This document shows positions 1-7,559 of a stretch of DNA of 30,000 nt, in pieces. The DNA is from Pectobacterium sp. B1J-3 (GTDB lineage: Bacteria; Pseudomonadota; Gammaproteobacteria; Enterobacterales; Enterobacteriaceae). The DNA is taken from NCBI RefSeq assembly GCF_046237015.1, contig NZ_JBJYIN010000001.1:289094-319093 (forward strand), in the 5' to 3' direction. The translations under genes were made by a program, and so were the position numbers. Position 1 is the stretch's first letter, and each line of letters starts with the position of its first letter. The notes beneath the pieces are model-generated. The model made no database searches. It worked only from the letters and a program-made list of their open reading frames with translations, and had not been told where the DNA came from.

Positions 1-1
1 C

Positions 2-181
2 CCGCTCACCGCTGTTAATAAAGTCAGTATGGTCGTCACCGAACTGGCGGTATTCCATTTTATTCAGCAACAAATGGTGCTGAGTGAAATAAGCCCAGAT
101 ATCACCATTGACGAATTACGCCAGAAAACCGAAGCAAACTTTATTGTTTCCCCTGATTTACAACCAATGAAAATAAATTAA
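2..181 (+). CDS. atoA: CoA-transferase subunit B (AtoA-like), C-terminal fragment; 5' end lies outside the window
   Basis: Frame 2 is open from the window edge to TAA at 179-181. The translation [59 protein letters not shown] resembles the remembered C-terminus of E. coli AtoA (..PLTAQHAVHMLVTELAVFRF..KTEARFEV..). A thiolase gene follows 11 nt later, as in ato operons. Confidence 0.7.
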   Translation, partial: PLTAVNKVSMVVTELAVFHFIQQQMVLSEISPDITIDELRQKTEANFIVSPDLQPMKIN

Positions 182-192
182 TAGAGGCGACC

Positions 193-1371
193 ATGAACGA
201 CTCCGTTGTTATTGTTAATGCAAAAAGAACTGCTATTGGTAAGTTCGGGGGCAGTCTGGCGAATACGTCTGCCATTGACATGGCTTCTGCCACCATTAAA
301 GACTGTCTATCATCGCTGCCGGAAAATCTGGCAATTGATGAAGTTATTCTGGGTAATGTGTTACAAGCCGGTTTAGGGCAAAATCCTGCACATCAGGCGA
401 CGATTGCATCTGGCCTTGCCATTGAAACGCCGTCGTTTACCGTCAGCAAAGTATGCGGTTCCGGCTTAAAAGCCGTAGCGCTGGGCGCTCAGTCGATTTT
501 GTCAGGTGACAATCAGGTTTGTATCACTGGTGGCATGGAAAATATGAGTGCAGCGCCTTACCTGCTGGAAAAAGCACGCCATGGCTATCGAATGGGGCAT
601 GGTAAACTGATCGACATGATGATTCAGGATGGTTTGTGGTGCGCTTTTAACGATTATCACATGGGAACAACGGCAGAAAATATCGCAGAGCGCTACCAAC
701 TCACTCGCGAGGAGCAAGATCAGGTTGCTTTGGCATCGCAGCAAAAAGCCATTGCCGCGATTGAGAACGGTCGTTTCAACGCTGAAATCACCCCCATTTC
801 CCTGCGCGTTAAAAAAGAAACCCGGATTTTCGCTCAGGACGAATTCCCACGTGCAGATACGACGCTGGCATCACTAGCAGCGCTACGTCCCGCATTTTCA
901 GCTAACGGCACCGTTACCGCAGGCAATGCGTCAGGCATCAACGATGCCGCCGCAACGCTGGTCTTAATGAGAGAATCAGAGGCCAAAAAACAAGGTATTA
1001 AGCCATTAGCACGAATTCGTAGCTGGGCATCTGCTGGCGTACCAAGTGAAGTCATGGGGTTAGGGCCGATCCCTGCGACACAGAAAGCCTTACTCAAAGC
1101 GGGTTTAACCATTAACGATATCGATCTGATCGAAGCAAATGAAGCCTTTGCCGCTCAATACCTAGCGGTACAGCGTGATTTGCAACTCGATCCTCAAAAA
1201 GTCAACGTCAATGGCGGCGCAATCGCGTTAGGCCACCCCATTGGAGCCAGCGGTGCACGTATTTTAGTGACGCTGATCCACGCGTTGCATAGCTATGATA
1301 AAACTCTGGGTCTGGCAACACTGTGCATTGGTGGTGGGCAAGGTATCGCGATGGTGGTTGAACGCGTCTAA
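193..1371 (+). CDS. atoB: acetyl-CoA C-acetyltransferase (thiolase II)
   Basis: 392-aa ORF with thiolase signatures: [12 protein letters not shown] (active-site Cys), [21 protein letters not shown] and [13 protein letters not shown]. Near full-length resemblance to E. coli AtoB. GAGG Shine-Dalgarno (SD) sequence a few nt upstream of the ATG. Confidence 0.92.
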   Translation: MNDSVVIVNAKRTAIGKFGGSLANTSAIDMASATIKDCLSSLPENLAIDEVILGNVLQAGLGQNPAHQATIASGLAIETPSFTVSKVCGSGLKAVALGAQSILSGDNQVCITGGMENMSAAPYLLEKARHGYRMGHGKLIDMMIQDGLWCAFNDYHMGTTAENIAERYQLTREEQDQVALASQQKAIAAIENGRFNAEITPISLRVKKETRIFAQDEFPRADTTLASLAALRPAFSANGTVTAGNASGINDAAATLVLMRESEAKKQGIKPLARIRSWASAGVPSEVMGLGPIPATQKALLKAGLTINDIDLIEANEAFAAQYLAVQRDLQLDPQKVNVNGGAIALGHPIGASGARILVTLIHALHSYDKTLGLATLCIGGGQGIAMVVERV

Positions 1372-1411
1372 CCCACAGCATACGTGCCACTTAATCGCGC
1401 GTATCTCTCAC

Positions 1412-1439
1412 CATTCCCCGCCAGCACAGGCGGGGAATG
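1412..1439. terminator. 11-bp perfect stem-loop between convergent atoB and the MCP gene (no U-tract)
   Basis: CATTCCCCGCC-agcaca-GGCGGGGAATG read directly. It sits in the 119-bp gap between two convergent stop codons. The lack of a T-run makes intrinsic termination uncertain; it may be a REP-like or stability element. Confidence 0.45.
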
Positions 1440-1490
1440 ATCAAGCATAATCAAAATGCTACGTTTAAAACGTTTTCCAATTCGTACCGG

Positions 1491-3128
1491 CTACCCGGCA
1501 TGCGCAGAGCGATGAATAATGGGCAATGACGGGAGCGGTTGTCGCTCTTCAACACTCTGCTCCTGAACCGCAGCCTGATTAATTTTGAACACAGCAACTG
1601 CATCACGCAAAAATCCCGCCTGTTCTTCCAAAGCCGCTGATGCAGAAGCAGACTCTTCCACCAGCGCGGCGTTTTGCTGCGTGACACGATCCATTTCTGT
1701 CACGGCCTGTCCGACCTGATCAATCCCTCGACTTTGCTCATCAGAAGCAGACGCAATTTCGCCCATAATATCCGTCACCCGGCTCACCGCACCGACAATT
1801 TCTTTCATCGTATCGCCCGCTTCTTTCGCCTGTGAAGATCCCATACTCACACGGCTAGCGGAGTCATCAATCAATGATTTGATTTCTTTAGCTGCCTGGG
1901 CACTACGTTGAGCCAATGTACGCACTTCCCCTGCCACAACTGCAAAACCACGCCCTTGCTCTCCAGCACGAGCGGCTTCAACCGCGGCATTCAGAGCCAA
2001 AATGTTGGTTTGAAAAGCAATGCTATCGATCACACTGGTGATATGAGCAATTTTTTGGGAGCTGTCAGAAATATCACTCATGGTTCTGACAACATTATCG
2101 ACAACAACGCCGCCTTTTCCTGCCGTCTCCGAGGCACTTTTTGCCAGTTGAGCCGCTTGTCGGGCATTGTCAGTATTCAACCGCACCGTCGAAGTCAGTT
2201 GCTCCATACTCGCAGCCGTTTCCTGCAATGATGCAGCCTGCTGTTCAGTACGTGAGGATAAATCATTGCTACCCGCCGAAATCTCACTGGCTCCCGAATA
2301 GATAGCATGCGAACTGTCGCGAACCAGCCCCACCGTATTGATCAATGACTGTTGCATATGGCGTAACCCAGCCGCCAATTGACTCATTTCATTACGTCCA
2401 TCGGCATTAATATGCAGCGTTAAATCCCCCTCGGCGATAGCACTAATATGCCGCATTAATGCATGTAATGGTTGTAACAAAATACGCTGCAATCCGATCC
2501 AGCTTAGAATAATCGCCAACACAACCACCACCGTAGTGGCCCCCAATAGCCATAAAATAGTTGCAAATGCGCGATTATTTTCCTGTAATCCCTCATCGGA
2601 AAGTTGGTTTTGTGCCGCTCGCCACGCAATATAGGCATCCTGCATCGCAACATTAAATGGCGTAGCGCCATTATGTAATTTCATTGCCGACCCCGCCAAT
2701 CCACTGGAAAGGGCATCAATAATATCATTCAGCAGTTTGTGATAAGCGGTGTAGCTATCCTCAAGCTTTTTAGAGAGGCTTTCATCCATTCCTGGCGGAT
2801 TAGGAATGGATAGATATTGTTTATAACTATTTTCTGATGCGCTCAATTGTGATTGTGCTTGCTGCAACAGCGCTTGCATTGCCTCCTTATCCGCATTTCC
2901 CATCATCATGTTTTGCACGATAGAACCAATGGCGATACGCGTCTGATTCATCATGATCCATGCATCAGTAAATGCAGCGACATTCTGGTTAGAGCGTTGT
3001 GAAACAAGAAACCCTTCTTTATCGTTAATCAGCGCCCGGACCGATAGTGCACCCGTAAAAAACTGGGATATCCCTAATATAAACAGAACAATAATAAGGA
3101 TGGTAATCACTTTAATACGTTTAAACAT
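1491..3128 (-). CDS. methyl-accepting chemotaxis protein (N-terminal TM, periplasmic 4-helix-type sensor, second TM, HAMP, signalling domain)
   Basis: The ORF track gives 1491..3215. I trim to the ATG at 3128 (MFKRIKVITILIIVLFILG..), which has an AGAGGG SD sequence upstream. Highly conserved MCP hairpin region: IAFQTNILALNAAVEAARAGEQGRGFAVVAGEVRTLAQRS. Second TM is ILWLLGATTVVVVLAIILSWIGL, followed by a HAMP-like segment. No C-terminal NWETF pentapeptide. Confidence 0.9.
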   Translation of the reverse strand: MFKRIKVITILIIVLFILGISQFFTGALSVRALINDKEGFLVSQRSNQNVAAFTDAWIMMNQTRIAIGSIVQNMMMGNADKEAMQALLQQAQSQLSASENSYKQYLSIPNPPGMDESLSKKLEDSYTAYHKLLNDIIDALSSGLAGSAMKLHNGATPFNVAMQDAYIAWRAAQNQLSDEGLQENNRAFATILWLLGATTVVVVLAIILSWIGLQRILLQPLHALMRHISAIAEGDLTLHINADGRNEMSQLAAGLRHMQQSLINTVGLVRDSSHAIYSGASEISAGSNDLSSRTEQQAASLQETAASMEQLTSTVRLNTDNARQAAQLAKSASETAGKGGVVVDNVVRTMSDISDSSQKIAHITSVIDSIAFQTNILALNAAVEAARAGEQGRGFAVVAGEVRTLAQRSAQAAKEIKSLIDDSASRVSMGSSQAKEAGDTMKEIVGAVSRVTDIMGEIASASDEQSRGIDQVGQAVTEMDRVTQQNAALVEESASASAALEEQAGFLRDAVAVFKINQAAVQEQSVEERQPLPSLPIIHRSAHAG

Positions 3129-3156
3129 GTCACACCCTCTTTTTCCATAAGGACAA

Positions 3157-3318
3157 TATAAACCCTGAATAATTCGAGTTGCATGCAAGCGGAGACACAG
3201 CACATCCCCAAGCACTTATACCTGTCAATAATCAGGTAAGCGGCTCTTTGAGGGACGGTCATAAGCTGGCCTAATAACAAAACCAACGCACAGGCAACTT
3301 GAAGTATGACGGGGATAT
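3157..3318. repeat. ERIC/IRU-derived element, degenerate centre (copy A)
   Basis: Termini match the ERIC consensus ends: TATAAACCCTGAATAATTCGAGTTGCATG... and ...CAACTTGAAGTATGACGGGGATA. Lies 29 bp upstream of the MCP start codon. Confidence 0.7.
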
Positions 3319-3380
3319 TTATATCGAAAAAAAGAAGATAAATATTTATCCTCCGACACAAATCAAAGAATTACCGTATA

Positions 3381-3582
3381 TATATCCTAAATAATTCAAG
3401 TTGCATGAAGGCGGAAAGTGAGGGAATCCCGATGAGCTTACTTGAGTAAGTGATTCAGGTGACAAATCTGCCGGGAGCAGATTTGAACGCTGCTTGCCGC
3501 GGCCCCAACAGGGCGAGGCTCATGGATGAGCCGAATAACTAACGTAGCCAACGCACAAGCAGCTTGAAGTATGACGGATATA
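3381..3582. repeat. ERIC element carrying a ~75-80-bp internal insertion (copy B)
   Basis: TATATCCTAAATAATTCAAGTTGCATGAAGGCGGAAAGTGAGGGAATCCCGATGAGCTTACTTGAGTAAGTGATTCAGGTGA ... AGCTTGAAGTATGACGGATATA. The core matches the ERIC1R/ERIC2 primer region. An extra block containing the hairpin AAATCTGCcgggaGCAGATTT interrupts it. Confidence 0.85.
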
Positions 3583-3600
3583 TCACAACTAACACACATA

Positions 3601-3623
3601 CAACTTAAAATATGACAGGTATA
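3601..3623. repeat. isolated duplicated ERIC terminus
   Basis: CAACTTAAAATATGACAGGTATA plus the preceding ACACACATA parallels ACGCACAAGCAGCTTGAAGTATGACGGATATA at the end of copy B, 20 bp upstream. Confidence 0.5.
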
Positions 3624-3725
3624 AAAATGGGATTAAGCATGGATTAAATAGCATGAAATATGGATGAAATAAGTAAAAAAATACCGTTATAGTTAATCTT
3701 TGAAAAATAGCGGCAGATAACAATC

Positions 3726-3845
3726 TATGTACCCTGAATAATTCAAGTTTCAGGACAAAAACAGCGAAGCATGTTTGAACTGCGCTTGCGATGCCCCGAA
3801 GGCGTGAAGCTATCTGGCTAAATAACGCGACAAGCGAAAGACAAA
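3726..3845. repeat. truncated, degenerate ERIC (copy C): one terminus plus an insertion-like block
   Basis: TATGTACCCTGAATAATTCAAGTTTCAGG is followed by GTTTGAACTGCGCTTGCGATGCCCCGAAGGCG..AATAACGCGACAAGCGAAAG, which is alignable by eye to the insertion block of copy B. The far terminus is missing and the right boundary is approximate. Confidence 0.5.
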
Positions 3846-3876
3846 TTGTCCGGAAAAAATTTAACGGAACGTCTCC

Positions 3877-3901
3877 GGAGAGAGACAAGATGCCTCTCTC
3901 C
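3877..3901 (-). terminator. possible ypfH terminator hairpin
   Basis: GGAGAGAG-acaagatgc-CTCTCTCC (8-bp stem) lies 15 nt downstream of the ypfH-like stop codon. There is no adjacent U-tract on the minus strand. Confidence 0.35.
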
Positions 3902-3915
3902 TCATCCAGATAAGC

Positions 3916-4533
3916 TTACTTCAGGTGTGCCAATGCATGATTCAGCATTCGCTGGTCGATACCATGTCCAACACCAGGAATGATATCTAATGTAAATTGC
4001 GTCCCTAGCATTTCAAAACGTTGTGCAGCAACACGCGCGTGTTCAGGAACAATCACCACATCAGACTCACCATGGATCAAATGAACGACCGTATCGCTGA
4101 ATATCTGATCGGGTAATACCGCAAAGCGCCCGCTAAAGGCGACAATATGCCCAGCGAGTCGAGACGTCGACTTTAGCGCTTCCAGCGACATAATACTGCC
4201 CTGAGAAAAACCAATGAGCGTGGTTTGAGCAAAATCTACTCCACTTTTTTGTTGCCAAAACCTTACCGTCTCAACAAAACGAGGGATAATCGCCTCAACT
4301 CGTGCAAGTCGATTTTCTTCTGTCACATGTTGTACCGAAAACCACTGGCGCCCTTCGCCAAATCCCGTACTGAATGGCCCGCTAATACTCACAACCAGCG
4401 CATCAGGAAAAGCCGTCGCAAAGTAATGACCAATGGGTGCCATCCCGACAGCCGTATCCCCTACGCCATGAAACAGTAAAAACAACCGCTGTGGCGCTAT
4501 AGGTTCTTGTACAACAACATATTCCTGACTCAT
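3916..4533 (-). CDS. ypfH: phospholipase/carboxylesterase-family alpha/beta hydrolase (YpfH-like esterase)
   Basis: 205 aa. LFLLFHGVGD oxyanion region, GFSQGS nucleophile elbow (GxSxG), HGESD and GHGI triad-type motifs. Overall resemblance to remembered E. coli YpfH (..LLLFHGVGD..GRQWFSVQ..LIGFSQGA..), but shorter at the C-terminus. Confidence 0.8.
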   Translation of the reverse strand: MSQEYVVVQEPIAPQRLFLLFHGVGDTAVGMAPIGHYFATAFPDALVVSISGPFSTGFGEGRQWFSVQHVTEENRLARVEAIIPRFVETVRFWQQKSGVDFAQTTLIGFSQGSIMSLEALKSTSRLAGHIVAFSGRFAVLPDQIFSDTVVHLIHGESDVVIVPEHARVAAQRFEMLGTQFTLDIIPGVGHGIDQRMLNHALAHLK

Positions 4534-4836
4534 TCTCTTTTCCCCAGCAAAAACTGCTCGATCAATGATAGTTGAGATTAACTATACGCGTCCCTTTACA
4601 AGGTGAAATCGGGATTTATTGAATGAGATGTTCCATTTTTTGCAATGGCGGGGGGCAGATAAACTACAGGCGGAGGCGTCATCTTGTCCTTCTGTTATCT
4701 AGCAGTCCCAAGCATCCAGCTCAAGATTCTGGCTTAAAAATACGCCATAAGACGGCTTTTTTGTGTCTGAGCAGGAAATGATGCACAGCGATAAAGGGCC
4801 TCAAGCAGACCCTTTATATCTGTGAAAACATGTCAC

Positions 4837-5949
4837 TCAGAATGCAGTGTGCCTGACACGAAAAGAGCGGGTGATACGATCCCATATTGCGACCAGTTCA
4901 GCATCGCTGTAAGCCGGTGGGGGCAGAGCATAATTATTTAATGTCAGATCAAGATTAGGATGTCGAAAATCCGCAATTTTTTCATTAGCTACAGCGGTAA
5001 ATAGTAACTGTGCTGATGCGTTGTTGGGCGATTTTTCTGACGGGGCAGTGTTAAGCCATTCGCTGGCATCAAAACCAGCTATCTGTGTTTTGCCTTTGCG
5101 TAATGTCCGCGCATTGATACCCGTCAGATAAGACTGAATCTCATGGCTCCGCTCCAGCATACTTGTACTTTCTTTTAAGGAATTATTACTCCAGATCACA
5201 AAAGAAAAGACCGGATCATGCCGATAGACAAAGGTAATATCCTCTTTCGGCTTCCCACTCCCGTCGCGGATAAACCCTTCTGAAATACAGGTTCCCGGCT
5301 GTGTCGGGATCTCATCATCTTTTCGCCCCCTCAGACGGGACATGACATCCTGTAACTCCGCCAGCTTCTGAGGCTTGTCATTCGCCATCCATTCAGGTCT
5401 TCCTGCCTCTTTACGTAACCAAAACGCACGTTCTTTGGCAAAGTTTGGATCTGAGTAATCAGTAATCTCCTGGGAGAGAATAAACGCTACCCCGTCTACG
5501 TACAGATGTCCTTCCAGAACGCGCCCAAAACCAGGCACACTCCCATTTTTATTGCGGTCAAATATCACCGCATTTTCACTGACCCGGTACACCTGTTTGA
5601 GAAAAGGCTGATCCACTTTTCTCACTGTGTGTTCATTCTGTAATTCCTGCTCACGCAGTTGGATACGCTGCTCAAACGCCGGACGATAAAGCCGCTTGCT
5701 GCTGATATTGATTTCATTAATCTGAGCACGATCCGTCAGCGTATTTTCAAAAGAGGCCGGAACCTCAAATACATAGCGCCCCACGCACTGGGCTTTAGTG
5801 GTGGCAAATAGGGTATCGACCATACGTTTTTCCTTGTCCGTTAACGCCGATGGCGTATGCACAAACGTCACATAGTTATGAATATAAAATCCTGCCGCCA
5901 GTAGCACCATCGCCAGCGGAATAAGCCAGGGAAGAAGGACTTTTTTCAT
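4837..5949 (-). CDS. membrane-anchored periplasmic protein, candidate lipase-immunity protein (Tli-like), orphan paralogue
   Basis: 370 aa. The N-terminal MKKVLLPWLIPLAMVLLAAGFYI is a signal-anchor/TM with no lipobox Cys. Its ATG overlaps the stop of the upstream lipase remnant by 4 nt (ATGA). It is identical to the 6453..7559 product except for a ~64-aa central block. The immunity role is inferred from context only. Confidence 0.55.
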   Translation of the reverse strand: MKKVLLPWLIPLAMVLLAAGFYIHNYVTFVHTPSALTDKEKRMVDTLFATTKAQCVGRYVFEVPASFENTLTDRAQINEINISSKRLYRPAFEQRIQLREQELQNEHTVRKVDQPFLKQVYRVSENAVIFDRNKNGSVPGFGRVLEGHLYVDGVAFILSQEITDYSDPNFAKERAFWLRKEAGRPEWMANDKPQKLAELQDVMSRLRGRKDDEIPTQPGTCISEGFIRDGSGKPKEDITFVYRHDPVFSFVIWSNNSLKESTSMLERSHEIQSYLTGINARTLRKGKTQIAGFDASEWLNTAPSEKSPNNASAQLLFTAVANEKIADFRHPNLDLTLNNYALPPPAYSDAELVAIWDRITRSFRVRHTAF

Positions 5950-6194
5950 GGCGTCGGCACCTGTTGCACGATTTTTACTACCGAGCGCACCGTGAACACC
6001 ATCGCGTCCGACAGGTCACTGTAAACCGAACGAGAACGGTCTACGGGGTCCACGGCATAGGCTCTCAGCAGCGCCGCCGAATCAACATTGGACTGTGACC
6101 AGTTATAACCAGCAAGGGGAATGATGTCGTTGTGGAAGCGTCCATCCTCATCCCAGAGGGGACGATGGTAAGAACAGTTTTTGTTGTCGTCCAT
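5946..6194 (-). pseudogene. internally deleted remnant of the lipase gene (82 codons, in frame, no catalytic residues)
   Basis: The product MDDNKNCSYHRPLWDEDGRFHNDIIPLA + GYNWSQSNVDSAALLRAY + AVDPVDRSRSVYSDLSDAMVFTVRSVVKIVQQVPTP corresponds to three segments of the 509-aa protein: residues ~1-27, ~192-209 and the last ~37 aa. The HSMGG, GDGTVP and DHEGAY motifs are all missing. Confidence 0.8.
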
Positions 6195-6452
6195 GCGTTA
6201 ACCCACTGTTATTTTTAGCTATAAATGACACAGGATCCATCACCCGTCGTCTGCAAGAAATTTATATTAATATGGACAAAATAGACGGAGTCACTATCTT
6301 GTCCCTCTGTCACCTACCAGCGCCAAGCGTTCCAGCTCAAGGCTCAGGCTTAAAAATACGCCACAAGACGGCTTTTTTGTGTCTGAGCAGGAAATGATGC
6401 ACAGCGACAAAGGGCCTCAAGCAGACCCTTTGTATCTGTGAAAACATGTCAC

Positions 6453-7559
6453 TCAGAATGCAGTGTGCCTGACACGAAAAGAGCGGGTGATACGATCCCA
6501 TATTGCGACCAGTTCAGCATCGCTGTAAGCCGGTGGGGGCAGAGCATAATTATTTAATGTCAGATCAAGATTAGGATGTCGAAAATCCGCAATTTTTTCA
6601 TTAGCTACAGCGGTAAATAGTAACTGTGCTGATGCGTTGTTGGGCGATTTTTCTGACGGGGCAGTGTTAAGCCATTCGCTGGCATCAAAACCAGCTATCT
6701 GTGTTTTGCCTTTGCGTAATGTCCGCGCATTGATACCCGTCAGATAAGACTGAATCTCATGGCTCCGCTCCAGCATACTTGTACTTTCTTTTAAGGAATT
6801 ATTACTCCAGATCACAAAAGAAAAGACCGGATCATGCCGATAGACAAAGGTAATATCCTCTTTCGGCTTCCCACTCCCGTCGCGGATAAACCCTTCTGAA
6901 ATACAGGTTCCCGGCTGTGTCGGGATCTCATCATCTTTTCGCCCCCTCAGACGGGACATGACATCCTGTAACTCCGCCAGCTTCTGAGGCTTGGTGTTAA
7001 GAGACCCAACTCTAACGCCGGCTTTGATAAAACTTTCTTTATCTTTTTGATACTTAGGATCAGATAAATCGATAATATCTTGGCTGAGGATAAACGCTAC
7101 TCCGTCAACGTATAGGTGCCCTTCCAAAGTGCGGCCATATCCGCCCTCACTCCCATTTCTATTACGGTCAAATATCACTGCATTTTCACTGACCCGGTAC
7201 ACCTGTTTGAGAAAAGGCTGATCCACTTTTCTCACTGTGTGTTCATTCTGTAATTCCTGCTCACGCAGTTGGATACGCTGCTCAAACGCCGGACGATAAA
7301 GCCGCTTGCTGCTGATATTGATTTCATTAATCTGAGCACGATCCGTCAGCGTATTTTCAAAAGAGGCCGGAACCTCAAATACATAGCGCCCCACGCACTG
7401 GGCTTTAGTGGTGGCAAATAGGGTATCGACCATACGTTTTTCCTTGTCCGTTAACGCCGATGGCGTATGCACAAACGTCACATAGTTATGAATATAAAAT
7501 CCTGCCGCCAGCAGCACCATCGCCAGCGGAATAAGCCAGGGAAGAAGGACTTTTTTCAT
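6453..7559 (-). CDS. membrane-anchored periplasmic protein, candidate cognate immunity protein (Tli-like) for the adjacent lipase
   Basis: 368 aa with the same N-terminal TM anchor as the paralogue. ATGA overlap with the stop of the 509-aa lipase gene implies translational coupling. Size and topology fit periplasmic Tli-type immunity proteins. Family unverified. Confidence 0.55.
   Translation of the reverse strand: MKKVLLPWLIPLAMVLLAAGFYIHNYVTFVHTPSALTDKEKRMVDTLFATTKAQCVGRYVFEVPASFENTLTDRAQINEINISSKRLYRPAFEQRIQLREQELQNEHTVRKVDQPFLKQVYRVSENAVIFDRNRNGSEGGYGRTLEGHLYVDGVAFILSQDIIDLSDPKYQKDKESFIKAGVRVGSLNTKPQKLAELQDVMSRLRGRKDDEIPTQPGTCISEGFIRDGSGKPKEDITFVYRHDPVFSFVIWSNNSLKESTSMLERSHEIQSYLTGINARTLRKGKTQIAGFDASEWLNTAPSEKSPNNASAQLLFTAVANEKIADFRHPNLDLTLNNYALPPPAYSDAELVAIWDRITRSFRVRHTAF

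Noticed and set aside
3107-3888. ORF-track entries 3107..3361 (84 aa) and 3589..3888 (99 aa) between the MCP gene and ypfH
   Set aside because: Both run through ERIC-derived repeats. Their products contain the characteristic repeat-encoded ..LELFRV.. strings. They have no SD sequence or recognisable domain, so they are spurious repeat-derived reading frames.
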